Of a stretch of 64,000 nucleotides of DNA, positions 49,368 to 59,635 are shown piece after piece; the first letter of the stretch is position 1; each line of letters begins with the position of its first letter. The DNA lies in assembly GCA_963750165.1 (NCBI GenBank), contig CAVVPN010000011.1, forward strand, positions 992,001 to 1,056,000. The letters are read 5' to 3'. The notes beneath the pieces were generated by a model. The model was not told the origin of the DNA, searched no databases, and saw only the letters and a list, made by a program, of their open reading frames with translations. This stretch comes from an uncultured Gemmataceae bacterium. GTDB lineage: Bacteria; Planctomycetota; Planctomycetia; Gemmatales; Gemmataceae. Both the position numbers and the translations under genes were made by a program.

Positions 49368-50866
49368 CTACTGTGCTACTTTCCTCTTTTCGGTCGGCCG
49401 CGCGGCCGCGGCCGACGCGGCGGGAACTGCCCGGTCGCGTTGTGCCAGTGGTAGATGCGTGCCTCCTCGTTACGCCGCAGCACTTGGCTCACGATCTCCG
49501 CGACCCGGGCCGCGCTGGGGCTCGGCTCGCGCAGCAGTTCCGTGAAGATCTGCCGCACCTGCGGCACCGTCAGCGCTGGTGTTTTTCCCCCCCAGCCGCA
49601 GCTTCTCGGTCTGCAGGAACCACAGGGCCAACAGCGACAGCGTCATGTGGTGGTGCCAGCCCACCCAGCTGCGCACCTCGTAGTGTCCCAACCCCACCTC
49701 GCCCTTGGCCTCCGCCAAGAGTTCCTCGACCCCGTGCCGCGCCCATGTACCCGCGCCACCTGCCCGCGCCGCGCCCGGTGCGCGTTGGAGAGCGTGTACC
49801 ACGTCTGCGGCTTGGGCTCGCAACTCTTGAGGATCGCCAGACGTTCGCGCGGCCCCACGCAGCCGTCCTCGTCCTTGGTCTGCACCGCCGCCAACAGCAC
49901 CTTGACCCACTGCGGCCCCTTGGCTCCGTCACGCACCTTCACCTTGCGCCACCGCCCCGCCGGCTGCCGCGCCGCCCACCGATCAACGCGCTCGAACGCC
50001 GGCAACCGCGGCCGGCCGCCGGGGCGCGCCGGCGGCGACCGCTCGGCCAGGTCACGCACCAGGGTGTTGCAGGGCACGTCCAGCACGTACCGGAGCCGCC
50101 GCTGCCGCAGGGCCGCCCGCAGTTCCGTGCAGCGGCCGAACTCGTCGTCGCCAGCCACCCAGTCCCCGGGCAGGTCGGCGCGGCGCGGTCCAGCAGTTCC
50201 AGGCCGACCCGCCACTTCTCGGCGAAGGCGACCGCCGCGGGCACAAACGTGGCGGCGCGGCGCCTGGGGTCGTGGGCCCAGTCCTGGTCCAGATAGAGCT
50301 GGGCGTCGAGCAGGGCCTTGCCGCGCGGGGCGACGTAGGCCAGGAAGACGCCGACCTGGCAGTTGTCGATCTTGCCCAACCGGCCGCACCACTGGCGGGC
50401 CACCCCACAGGAAGCCGCCCCCTTCTTGGGGAAGGCCGAGGGGTCCAGGACGAAGACGGCGTCGTCGTCGGCCAACTCCTCGGCGATGTGGCGGCGCAAC
50501 TCGCCCAGGACGGCCTGGTCGTCCCAGCCGCCGCCACCGACGAACAGTTGCAAGGGGCGGCGCTTGAGGCCGGCCAAGGTGGCGATGGGCTCGGTGGTCT
50601 TGCGCTGCAGGCCGCTGAGCTTGCCGCGCAGCACGGTCAGGGCGTGGCCGCGGTGCTCCTCTCGGTGGAACCGGGGCAGGTAGCGCTGGGCGAAGGCGGT
50701 CAACTGGTCCGCGCAGGAGCGGACGGCAGCAGCGGAGAGTTCGGCGTCGTTCAGCAGGGCCTGCGCGTCGGGGTGGTCGAGGATGTCCATGGCGGCCTCC
50801 ACAAAGATACCGCCGTTCAGTGTAGCCACCGCGTCAGCTGCCGGCTAGAATCATGTCGCACAGTAG
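49368..50866 (-). mobile_element. IS701-family insertion sequence
   Basis: Terminal inverted repeats CTACTGTGCTAC (49368) and GTCGCACAGTAG (to 50866). Confidence 0.8.
49376..50790 (-). pseudogene. IS701 transposase, frameshifted across several ORFs
   Basis: FPKKG..SCGVARQWCGRLGKIDNCQVGV, VAGDDEFG and AKGEVGLGHYEVRSWVGWHHH fall in different frames. Confidence 0.85.
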
Positions 50867-51261
50867 AAATAGGCAGCCAAATAGGCAGGAACTAAACGGG
50901 CGGGATTCGGTCGGACTCGAATCAGGAACCCTGCGAACACCAATTGTCCGTCTTTCGGATCGTAAAGGTAAGACTTCCCAACGCTAGCCCCGGTCCGGGC
51001 AAAAACGATGTCTCCTTCGCTTAGGTGGTATCTGCCGGAGTTCTCACTTTTCACAGAGACGAGATTCTCGGTGGAAAAGCCGCCGTTTTCGGTAATATCA
51101 GTTATTCGGATATAAGTAGGAAGTTTATCCGAAAAATGGCAAGCTGGCGCATTGATCCCATAATTAGGTGCGGAAGCAAGACATTCACCCAACTTGCGAA
51201 CATTCCAATTGTCTGGAATTACGCCAACATTTGTTTTTTTGAAACTCGTTTTCAATTCCAT
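50867..51261 (-). pseudogene. hsdS: Type I RM specificity subunit, truncated by IS701
   Basis: FKKTNVGVIPDNW, YIRITDI, GDIVFARTGASVGK and FAGFLIR. It ends at the IS end, and no continuation was found on the far side of the IS. Confidence 0.85.
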
Positions 51262-53726
51262 ACTGCCCCCAAATTCTTGAGGTGTTCCCCTACTTTGGCG
51301 CTCAGGGATTCCACCTTTTCAGTAAGTACGGGTAGCGGTGACGTGTAACGATCAGCCAGTTGCCTGATGCGGCCGGTGAGCGCATGCGAAACCCGATCCA
51401 GTTCGGATTGCACATCCGCGGCGAGCGTGGCCACCCACTTGTCTTCCACTGCAAGGGTCTTGATTTCCGCCTCGGTCAGCTGGCCATACTTCGCGGCAAC
51501 CTTGGTCTCCAGTTCCTTCTCTGCCTCTTTGCCCTTCTTTTTGGCGGCCGCTTCCTTTTCGAGGAGAGCCACGTATTCCCCCAGCACCTTCCGCTCGTCG
51601 TCTGCCTCCGCATCGTCCTTGATTGCTTTCAATCGCTTGGTCGCTTCCCCCTTGGCAATGTTCCCCTTGTCGTCGAGCAGGTCCGCCAACAGCCCTTCCT
51701 CGCCGCTGTGCTCCTCCTTCAACTCTTCCAGCTGTTGCCCGAGCGCTGCCACCTCGGCCTCCAACTGGTCAATGGCGGCCTGTTCCGCGGCAAAGTAGCG
51801 GAAGACCAGCAGCCGGGCCGGGATCAGGTCCGACTTGTACCGCTGTTTGCCCACCGTGAAATCGTGGTCCTCGGGCCAGACCGTCTTGCCATCCTTGTTC
51901 CTGGTGGGAACGAGTTGCCTGGGCCTGGTGCCCTCCACCCAGCCGCTCCCCGAAATGATGTACACGTCATCCTGCATCGTCTCGGCCCAGTAGGTCATGA
52001 GGTGCTGGTAAACGTCGTAGGGATCGACCAGCCGGGCCTTGCGGAACACCTCCAGCAGAGTTTCGGACAGCGTTTCGATCAGCGCCTTGGGAGGGCTGCC
52101 GACGCCGAGGCCGGTGAGGCGCGGCGCGTTGGTCTTGCGCCAGCGGGCGAACAGGGCAGTCACCGATTCGTTGAACGCCGTGAATTCGGCATGGCCGAAG
52201 ATGGCGGCCTTGACCTCGGCGGCCGGTAGCTTGAGGCGGCTGTAACCGGGGCGGTCGGCCGCGGTAAAGAGCAGCGCCCGCACGCCCGGGAAGACCTGCC
52301 AGTAGCGTTCCAGGTCGTCGAGGTCGCGGTTCGGGATGCCGCCGCGCAGGTGGGCGTCGATGTCTTGCAGGTCTTCCGGTTCGGTGCTGTCGATGTAGCG
52401 GGGCAGGTTCAGGTTGTAATCGTTCTTCGGGTCGGCGATCTCGGTCAGCGGCACCATCCGCGAAAATCGGGGGATGGCGGTTTGCTTCGTGAAGGCGTCC
52501 ACGATCTTGTGAATGTCCTGAGCACGCAGGCGGTTCTTGTTGCCGTCCTTGAGGAAGCCCTTGCTGGCGTCGATCATGAAGATGCCCTTGCGGGCGGCGG
52601 CGTTCTCCCGGTCCAGCACGAGGATGCAGGCCGGGATGCCGGTGCCGTAAAACAGGTTGGGCGGCAGGCCGATGATGCCCCGGATGTAGCCGCGGCGGAC
52701 GATTTCCTTGCGGATGTCGGCCTCGGCGTTGCCGCGGAACAGGACGCCGTGCGGCAGGTTGACCGCCGCCTTGCCAGTGGTTTTCAGGCAGGCGAGGATG
52801 TGCAGCAGGAATGCGAGGTCGCCGTTCTTGGCGGGCGGGGTGCCGAACCCGAAGCGGTTGAATTCGTCCTGTCCAGGGTTGAAGCCGTTGCGCCACGACT
52901 TGAAGGAGAAGGGCGGGTTGGCGACCACGAAGTCAAACGTCTTGAGGGCGCCGGTCTTTTCCTTGTAGTAGGGGCTGGCGAGGACGTTGTCCTTCCAGAT
53001 TTCGGCGGTGGGGCAGTCGTGCAGGATCATGTTCATCTTGGCCAGGGCGGCGGTGGCGTTGTCCATTTCCTGGCCGTAGAGGGCGAGGTCGAACCCGGTG
53101 GCGCTTTTGGCCTCGTCGTGGGCCTTCAGCAAGAGCGAGCCGGATCCGCAAGTCGGGTCGTGGATGGTCTGGTTGCCGCTTCTGGCGCTACCGACGCCGA
53201 TCACCTTGGCCATGACGCGCGAGACTTCGGCCGGGGTATAGAACTGGCCCTTGCTCTTGCCGGATTCGGTGGCGAAGTGCCGCATCAGGTACTCGTAGGC
53301 GTCGCCGAGCAGGTCGTCGCCTTCGGCCCGGTTGTTGCGGAAATCCAGGTTGGGTGTGTCGAAGATGGCCACCAGGTTGGAGAGGGTGTCCACCATGTCC
53401 TTGCCCTTGCCCAGCTTGTCCTCGGCGTTGAAATCGGTCTGGTCGATCACCCCTTTCAGGTGGTTGGCCTCTGCCAGCTTGGAGATGATCTTGTTCATCC
53501 CCTCACCGATGTTCGGGTTGCCCTTGAGGGCCACCATGTCGGCAAAGCGGCCCCCCTGGGGGACATCGAGCAGGGCGTCCTTCTGGCCGGCGTACTTGTC
53601 GGAGACGTATTTGACGAACAGCAACGACAGGACGTAATCCTTATACTGCGAGGCGTCCATGCCGCCGCGCAGCTCGTCGCAGCTTTTCCAGATGGAACTG
53701 TAGAGTTCGGACTTCTTGATCGGCAT
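51252..53726 (-). CDS. hsdM: Type I restriction-modification subunit M
   Basis: SCDELRGGMDASQYKDY, GQFYTP, DPTCGSG, VANPPF and LPHGVLFRG. Confidence 0.95.
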   Translation of the reverse strand: MPIKKSELYSSIWKSCDELRGGMDASQYKDYVLSLLFVKYVSDKYAGQKDALLDVPQGGRFADMVALKGNPNIGEGMNKIISKLAEANHLKGVIDQTDFNAEDKLGKGKDMVDTLSNLVAIFDTPNLDFRNNRAEGDDLLGDAYEYLMRHFATESGKSKGQFYTPAEVSRVMAKVIGVGSARSGNQTIHDPTCGSGSLLLKAHDEAKSATGFDLALYGQEMDNATAALAKMNMILHDCPTAEIWKDNVLASPYYKEKTGALKTFDFVVANPPFSFKSWRNGFNPGQDEFNRFGFGTPPAKNGDLAFLLHILACLKTTGKAAVNLPHGVLFRGNAEADIRKEIVRRGYIRGIIGLPPNLFYGTGIPACILVLDRENAAARKGIFMIDASKGFLKDGNKNRLRAQDIHKIVDAFTKQTAIPRFSRMVPLTEIADPKNDYNLNLPRYIDSTEPEDLQDIDAHLRGGIPNRDLDDLERYWQVFPGVRALLFTAADRPGYSRLKLPAAEVKAAIFGHAEFTAFNESVTALFARWRKTNAPRLTGLGVGSPPKALIETLSETLLEVFRKARLVDPYDVYQHLMTYWAETMQDDVYIISGSGWVEGTRPRQLVPTRNKDGKTVWPEDHDFTVGKQRYKSDLIPARLLVFRYFAAEQAAIDQLEAEVAALGQQLEELKEEHSGEEGLLADLLDDKGNIAKGEATKRLKAIKDDAEADDERKVLGEYVALLEKEAAAKKKGKEAEKELETKVAAKYGQLTEAEIKTLAVEDKWVATLAADVQSELDRVSHALTGRIRQLADRYTSPLPVLTEKVESLSAKVGEHLKNLGAVWN

Positions 53727-53870
53727 CGGTTACCCGGGCACGGTCGCAGTGTGTCGTTGCTGTCGCCTGGCTGGTGTAGGTTACCCAGGGGGAGGAACGG
53801 CCGAAAGGAAAAAGTAGCAGACACTGCCTTTTTGCATTTCAGGGTCGATTTCCCGGCACCCAGGCTGAGG

Positions 53871-53996
53871 GCGAGACAGCTGGTGCCGACCGAAGCGGAC
53901 CTGGCCCGCGCCTACGAACCGGACGCCGTCCTGCTCGACCGCATCCGGGCGGAGCACGCAAGACAAGCGGTTCCGACAAGGACAAGGAGGAAGTGA
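53871..53996 (+). pseudogene. C-terminal remnant of a second HsdS-like gene
   Basis: QLVPTEADLARAYEPDAVLLDRIRAE resembles the HsdS C-terminal ELVPTEAELAR...EPASVLLERIRAE tail. Confidence 0.55.
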
Positions 53997-54008
53997 ACGC
54001 CTCTTGGT

Positions 54009-55996
54009 TCAAGCCACCAGCGCCCACGGTTGCCCCGTCCCGTTCCCCGGACCGCTGTACAGGAACTCCAGCATCCTTACCGCCATCTCCAGGGCGTCCG
54101 GCCCGTCGTCGAAGTCCCCGGTCGGGAAGTCCCGCAGCTGCTGCACCAGCAGGCGGCAACCTGGTGAGCGGCGGAACCGCAGCCGCCGCTGCGCCAGCCA
54201 CGTCGTCAGGCCCCGGATGCGCACCTCTTTGTTCCCCATGTTCTCGATGCCGAACAGGGGGATGGGCAGGTCGTGGACATTCTGGCGCAGGAACTCGCCG
54301 GCGAGCAACTCCTGCCACTGGTTGACTTCCAGAAGGAAGCCGTCCGGACGGAACGAAGTACAAAGGTTGAGGCCGTCCCGGACGATCCGGTCCACCGGAC
54401 GGCGTTCCAGGTCGGCGTCGAGCCACACCACCAGGTTGCGGTCGATGACGGCCAGGACGAAGGCGCTGTAGTCGCCGGCCCGGGCGTCTTTCCCTTTCGA
54501 CGGGTCCAGGGCCATCGCCCTGAGCAACACCTGCTCACCAGTCGGCCAGTCGTTGAACCACAACTCCTCGCCCTCGAAGTAGCTGGCCGGCCATTCGCAC
54601 GCCTCGGGGCTCATCGGCTCGTTCTGCTTCTCGCTGGCGAAGGCGCCGACGCCGATGGTGGCGCACAACTTCATCAGGTCGTACAGGCTTTCCCGTTCGG
54701 GCCAGAGCACGACGGCGCCGGCGTCCATGTCCGCCTGGTGGTCCTGGTAGAACGCCAGGGCGTGGGCCTCGTAATCGGGCACCTCGTAGTTGTGGAAGAC
54801 GCGCTCCCACTCGGCCCAAAGCTCCATCCGGTCGGGCCACTGTACCACGCTGCGGTAAACGTGCGTCCGCCAGCCCGGCGTGCGCTGCAGCTGGCACACG
54901 ATGGCGTCGCGGTGCAGCGCGGTCCCCAGCGCCAGGAAGTTCGTGCCCGGGGCGCCGGCGTTCATCACGTCCTTTTGCAGCCACTGCATCGACCGCTCGC
55001 GCTTCAACGCGGAGATGATGTGGTCCTTGTTCTGCGGGTCGTCGTTGACAATCAGGCTGGGCCGGTGCTGGCGGTGCTTGCGTCCGCGAATCTTGTCGCC
55101 GGTGCCCAGGGACTCGATGAGAACGCCGTTGCGTAGCTCGATGCTGTTGTCCCGCCACACCCGGCCCCGGCCGCAGGCATGGGGGTAATCCCGCCGCAGT
55201 TCCTCGTTGTCTTCCAGTTCCGAACGAATCGCGGTCAGGTACTTCGCCGCCTGCGTGCTGGTGTCGCTGGTCAGGATGGTGTACGGCTCCAGGCCGTGGA
55301 CCGCGGCATACAGCGGGTAGGCGAAGGTGGACCAGGTCGTTTTCGCAGCGCCACGGGCGCAAGCCACACCTCGCGGGAATCCCGGCGGGTGTGCAGGGTG
55401 GAGAGGTCGGCAACGAGGTCGCGGTGGAACCGGGAAGGTTTGTCGGGGAAGTAGCGCTTGAGGTAGTGGTCGGCCCACTCACCCAGGGGAGGCAGCGTCG
55501 CCCGGGCGCCGCCAGGCGCACTTCCTCCGGTGGGTAGATCGCCCGCAAGTGCCTGGCGAAGTTGCGCAGCAAGTTTGGGGGGAAGGAGGGCAAGGACGGC
55601 CTCCAGCGGGTCCAGCGTCGGGGCTTCGTACAACCGAAGCAGTTCACCAATGTCTTTCAGGATCGCCCTGGCGTTCCGCAGATCGGCGTCGTCGATGGCC
55701 CTGGCGAACAGGTCGCGGAGTTGGGCAAGGTGGAAATTGAAGTTGATTTCCCGGTCTTTCTCCAGATCGGCCGCCAGGAGCTTGTTGCCGGCCTGGATGT
55801 ACTTCTTTAACTGGCTGTCGCTGACCTTCCACGTCTTGCCTTCGCGCCCCGGATGGTCGGTTTGGTTCGCATAATCCCGTACGTCGTGGAATGCCGCCCC
55901 GGCCATGCGGATTTTCAAAACTTCCAATACCCGGCGCTGCACGGTGGCTGCCGTGGATCGCTTAGACCCCTTCGGTTTTTTCCGCGCTTGGCTCAT
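54009..55996 (-). CDS. Terminase large subunit with a fused TerS-like HTH N-terminus (1-nt frameshift at ~55355)
   Basis: Restoring one C gives LAPRGAAKTT (Walker A). Also IRGRKH..RPSLIVNDDPQ, MALDPS..GDYSA and DDGPDALEMA (RNase H-like nuclease). Confidence 0.8.
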
Positions 55997-56612
55997 GTTT
56001 CTCGACCATTGCGGTTATCCATGCCGAGTGCCAGCCATGCAACTCGACGTGGTTGATGAGCGCGAACTGCTCACGCCCGCTACCGTTGCCACAAAGGTTG
56101 GCGCTGCCCTCGATCACCAACTTGACGCCGGAGGCGAAGGCCAGCGTAACGACCTTGGCGTGCGAGTGGGCGGCGGCCACGCGCTGGTTGCGTTTGCGGA
56201 ACTGCTCTTGCGTCTCTTTCCACAAGGGGGGCTTGTGGGCGCGGAAAAAGATGCTGGTGAGCAGGAGCAGGGCGCCGACCTTCCGTTCGTCCACCCAGGC
56301 CAGGAGGCTGGCCAGGTTCCTCTCATTGTACCCCAGCGTGGCGCAGGTCAGGCGGTCGCAGGGGCCGTAATGGTCGAGCAGGTGGCCGATAACGTCGGTC
56401 AGGTCCATGCGTGCCGTACAGAGGGCGTGCAGGCTCTCGCCGGGGCCTGGCAGCAGCTGCAGCACAGCCCCGGCTTCCTTGATGCCGGCGGCGCGGCGGG
56501 CGGCCAGCTTGACGGTCTTCGGGGTGGGCAGCCCCTGGCCGTCGTCCTCGGGTTCGTCGGGCGCTGGTGGCGGCGCGAGGCCGAAGCGCGGTTTGTACGG
56601 CTTGAACTGCAT
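55962..56612 (-). CDS. Phospholipase D-fold (HKD-like) protein
   Basis: HSHAKVVTL...VIEGSANL. Confidence 0.7.
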   Translation of the reverse strand: MQFKPYKPRFGLAPPPAPDEPEDDGQGLPTPKTVKLAARRAAGIKEAGAVLQLLPGPGESLHALCTARMDLTDVIGHLLDHYGPCDRLTCATLGYNERNLASLLAWVDERKVGALLLLTSIFFRAHKPPLWKETQEQFRKRNQRVAAAHSHAKVVTLAFASGVKLVIEGSANLCGNGSGREQFALINHVELHGWHSAWITAMVEKHEPSAEKTEGV

Positions 56613-56620
56613 GTGTTAAC

Positions 56621-56776
56621 TCAGCTGATGGAGCCGCCGGTGCCCATGTCCTTTTTGCGCTGCCACGCCTCGATCTGGGTGGGGCTACGCTTGTACCGCT
56701 TGCCCCGGCCCTTGGCCTTCTTTTTCTTCACGTTGGCGCCGAAATTGAAGCTGATGCCGGTGGATTTCTTGGCCAT
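56621..56776 (-). CDS. 51-aa highly basic protein
   Basis: AAAGGAG RBS, then MAKKSTGISFNFGANVKKKKAKGRGKRYKRSPTQIEAWQRKKDMGTGGSIS. Confidence 0.6.
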   Translation of the reverse strand: MAKKSTGISFNFGANVKKKKAKGRGKRYKRSPTQIEAWQRKKDMGTGGSIS

Positions 56777-56833
56777 GATCGCTCCTTTCTTTTCCCATGT
56801 TTCCCGTCACCGCTGGCCCTGCGCGAGGCCAGG

Positions 56834-59128
56834 TCAACACCCCTCCCAGGCGTCTCCCTGGGAGCCGTTTTCGTTAGAAGAACAGGTAGGGATTTCACCG
56901 TCCGGACCGTCCGTAGCGTCCGATTCCCTGTGTTTTTCACGGTTGTCTACGGACGGTTGCGGACGGTCGCCGGACGGTTGCCAATCTGGACCGTCCGTAA
57001 CTTCTGCCCATTCGGAATGCGGTTCGGACGGTTCGGACGGTTCGGACGGTTGTTCCCCTATGCTCTCCATCTCGACGGTGACAATCCGGTGCTTCTTGTC
57101 GGTCGTGAACCCGAATGTCACGAGGATGCCATTCTTGCGGAGGTTGGTCGTCAGCCGGCGCAAGATGCCGGACAGGCCCCGCGGCGACTTCGGCCACGCC
57201 TTGCTTTTCGCAACCTTGTCTTCCACCTTCGCCGCCAGTTCCAGCAGCAACGCCTGGCAGGAACCCTCCCAGCGCTCACGGTTCGTAAGCAGGGTGCGGA
57301 GGGGTTCGTAGAGTACCGAGCACTCCAGGGCCGCGCTACTCTGCTCGTCCCGATTCAGTTCGTAAGCGTAGATGAAGGCGTCGTCATTCCAGCCAAGCGC
57401 CTTGCCGGCCGCGGTCGCCATCACCGCGAAGTCCGCCATCCGCGGCAGTTCCTTGAGATTTACCTCGGGGCGGTATTTCAAAGCTCCTGCCACAGCCGTC
57501 AACAGAGCGCCGAAAATCATGGGCCGGACCGTCTCGAATTCCTCCCAGATGACCCGCTCTTGCTTCCGCTCCCTCTCGTTCAGCGACGGCAGTTGCAGCA
57601 CGATGCCCCGGTCGAGCAGATCTGGCCGCGACGAAAGCTCCTCGATGCCGTTGAGCAGACAGGGCCGCTGGGCGTTGAAGATGATCTCTTCATCGTCGGT
57701 GTACAGTTGGCGTGTCGAGAACCCGCCGCCGGTCGCCAACCGGCAGAGCGCATCCGACAACCACCCGTCGATGAAGCTCAGATTGTCCAGCGCCACCACC
57801 CAGGAGTTGCTCGCGGTGATGATGAGGTCGCGCTCGTCCTTGGGGGCGGTCCGCAGCGGTGCCATGCTCGGGTCGATCACCGACCGCAGGAATCGCATCG
57901 TGTTGCTCTTGGCGCTGCCCTGTTCGCCGTACAGGCAGAGTACCGGGTAGGGGCCGAACGGGTTGAGCGCTTGCACCATCCAGGCGACGATGAGCTTCCA
58001 GTCGTCCTTGAGCCTGTTGTGGTTGACGTAGGGCCGCAACTGGTCCAGACTGCCGTCCGACTGGGGCATCGGCAGCGCGAGTTGTCCCCGCGGCCGACGG
58101 AACCGCACCGGCGAATTCTCCAGCACCCGCCAACCGTCCGCGCTCACCTGTACGACGTGCCATTCCGGGTCGCCGAGGTCGATGTAAATTCGGCCGGCCG
58201 CCTTGCCCACGCGGCAGTATACCTCTCGCTCGCTGCCCTCGAATCGGGCCTTGGCTTCCAGCACGCCCAGCACGTCCTGCATGATCCCAGCGGAAGCGGC
58301 TTTCCCGGTTTCCAGGTAGAGGCGGCGGGCAAGCCAATTGCGGAAGTGGCCGCCGCGGATGGGGTGCGTTTCCTGGTGGAGCCGCTGTTGCCTGTCCTCC
58401 ACCTGAACGACCGCGAACCCCTTGCCGTCCGGGGTGTGGAAGTAAACCGGCCCGTTCGCCAGGCCGAGCAGCTGCTCGGCCTGGGTCGGCCCCTTCTTCG
58501 ACTTTCGCTTGGAAACAGTAGGCCCCCGACCGTCCGAACCGTCCGCCCACGGGGCGGCGGCCTGCACCAGTTCCAGCAGCTGTACCTTGTCGCCGCCGGT
58601 CTGTAACCAGTCGCTCACGTCGCCCTTGGCAGGTAAGCCAGGCAACTCCACCACCTTGACCGACGCGGCCACGCCGGCGAGCGACCTGGCGACGGCCTGG
58701 GCGTGCTTCCGCCCCGGGTCGTCGTCGTCCGGGAAAATGATGACGTGCCGCCCGGCGAAATGATCGTTGTACTGCGGCTTCCACTTGCCCGCCCCCATCG
58801 GGTTCGTGGTGGAGAGCATGCCGATAGCACCCAGGCTCTCTGCGTCTTTTTCCCCCTCCACGACGTACACGGGCCGATCAACCGGGGCCGCGTACAGTTC
58901 GGGAAGGCGGTAGGGGACCAGCCGAACGTCCTTGAGGTTCCACACCCAGCCGCCACGGCCATCGGGTTTGCGCTGACGAAACATCTTTCTGTCGCCGTTG
59001 TCGCCGGGTTCAAAGCGAACCGACTGAAACAGCAGTTCGCCGTGCTCGTCGCGGTAGTCGTAGGCCGCCACCTCCCGGGGCTTGCCGTTGCTGCTGGGTT
59101 TGGCGCTGGGCGCCGTGGCTGTGCTCAT
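56834..59128 (-). CDS. TOPRIM primase fused to a P-loop ATPase/helicase (replication protein)
   Basis: YDYRDEHG, KMFRQR, VVEGEKD and PDDDDPG (TOPRIM); GEQGSAKS, LDNLS, TGGGFSTRQLYTD and DLLDR (ATPase). Start taken at MSTATAP. Confidence 0.85.
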   Translation of the reverse strand: MSTATAPSAKPSSNGKPREVAAYDYRDEHGELLFQSVRFEPGDNGDRKMFRQRKPDGRGGWVWNLKDVRLVPYRLPELYAAPVDRPVYVVEGEKDAESLGAIGMLSTTNPMGAGKWKPQYNDHFAGRHVIIFPDDDDPGRKHAQAVARSLAGVAASVKVVELPGLPAKGDVSDWLQTGGDKVQLLELVQAAAPWADGSDGRGPTVSKRKSKKGPTQAEQLLGLANGPVYFHTPDGKGFAVVQVEDRQQRLHQETHPIRGGHFRNWLARRLYLETGKAASAGIMQDVLGVLEAKARFEGSEREVYCRVGKAAGRIYIDLGDPEWHVVQVSADGWRVLENSPVRFRRPRGQLALPMPQSDGSLDQLRPYVNHNRLKDDWKLIVAWMVQALNPFGPYPVLCLYGEQGSAKSNTMRFLRSVIDPSMAPLRTAPKDERDLIITASNSWVVALDNLSFIDGWLSDALCRLATGGGFSTRQLYTDDEEIIFNAQRPCLLNGIEELSSRPDLLDRGIVLQLPSLNERERKQERVIWEEFETVRPMIFGALLTAVAGALKYRPEVNLKELPRMADFAVMATAAGKALGWNDDAFIYAYELNRDEQSSAALECSVLYEPLRTLLTNRERWEGSCQALLLELAAKVEDKVAKSKAWPKSPRGLSGILRRLTTNLRKNGILVTFGFTTDKKHRIVTVEMESIGEQPSEPSEPSEPHSEWAEVTDGPDWQPSGDRPQPSVDNREKHRESDATDGPDGEIPTCSSNENGSQGDAWEGC
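56897..57050. repeat. Nine copies of CGGACGGT (6 direct, 3 inverted); candidate iteron origin
   Basis: Copies start at 56897, 56906, 56950, 56960, 56971, 56990, 57025, 57034 and 57043. Confidence 0.7.
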
Positions 59129-59159
59129 CGTGGCGGCCTCCCTTGTGCCCGTGGGGCCG

Positions 59160-59515
59160 TCAGATGCCGATTTTGTCCAATGCCGCACCCGCCGCCTCGC
59201 TGGCGCGCTTCCGCATGCCCGGAGTGCGCGGCGCCACGGTATCCTCTTGGGGCCTACCCTGCTGGGCCTCAATGAACCTGGTGATAGCGGCTTCCGTGGT
59301 GAGAAGGCGGCCGGCAACGCGGCAAGATTCGAGTTGGACGCGCTGCCCGTCCGCGTTGCGTGCGCCGGTGGTGCACCACCTGAACACGCAGGAACCGCTA
59401 ACGGGGCGGCCCTTGCGGAAGGGGGGAAGCGCCTGGCGGCCTGGCTCAAGGTCAGGCCGTGGCCTTCGGCGATCTCCTGGGCCAGCTGGTTACTGATTGC
59501 GGCGGTCGTGGTCAT
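59160..59515 (-). CDS. DUF1580-like HTH excisionase, frameshifted at a G6 run near 59421
   Basis: LTLSQAARRFP / CVFRWCTTG...VQLESCRVAGRLLTTEAAITRF. Confidence 0.75.
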
Positions 59516-59635
59516 GGCATTGCCTCGCGTGTGCTCGCCGGCTGACGTAGCCGGTCGTATCGCGTGGCATGAGACCATGAAGCCTGAACAGCAATCAAAC
59601 GAGGTGTCCGCGCGGACAGACGCGGATTTTGACTG

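Noticed and set aside
56834..59578. 914-aa xis-primase fusion
   Set aside because: An artefact of the frameshift in the DUF1580-like gene. The primase has its own GGAGG RBS and ATG at 59128.
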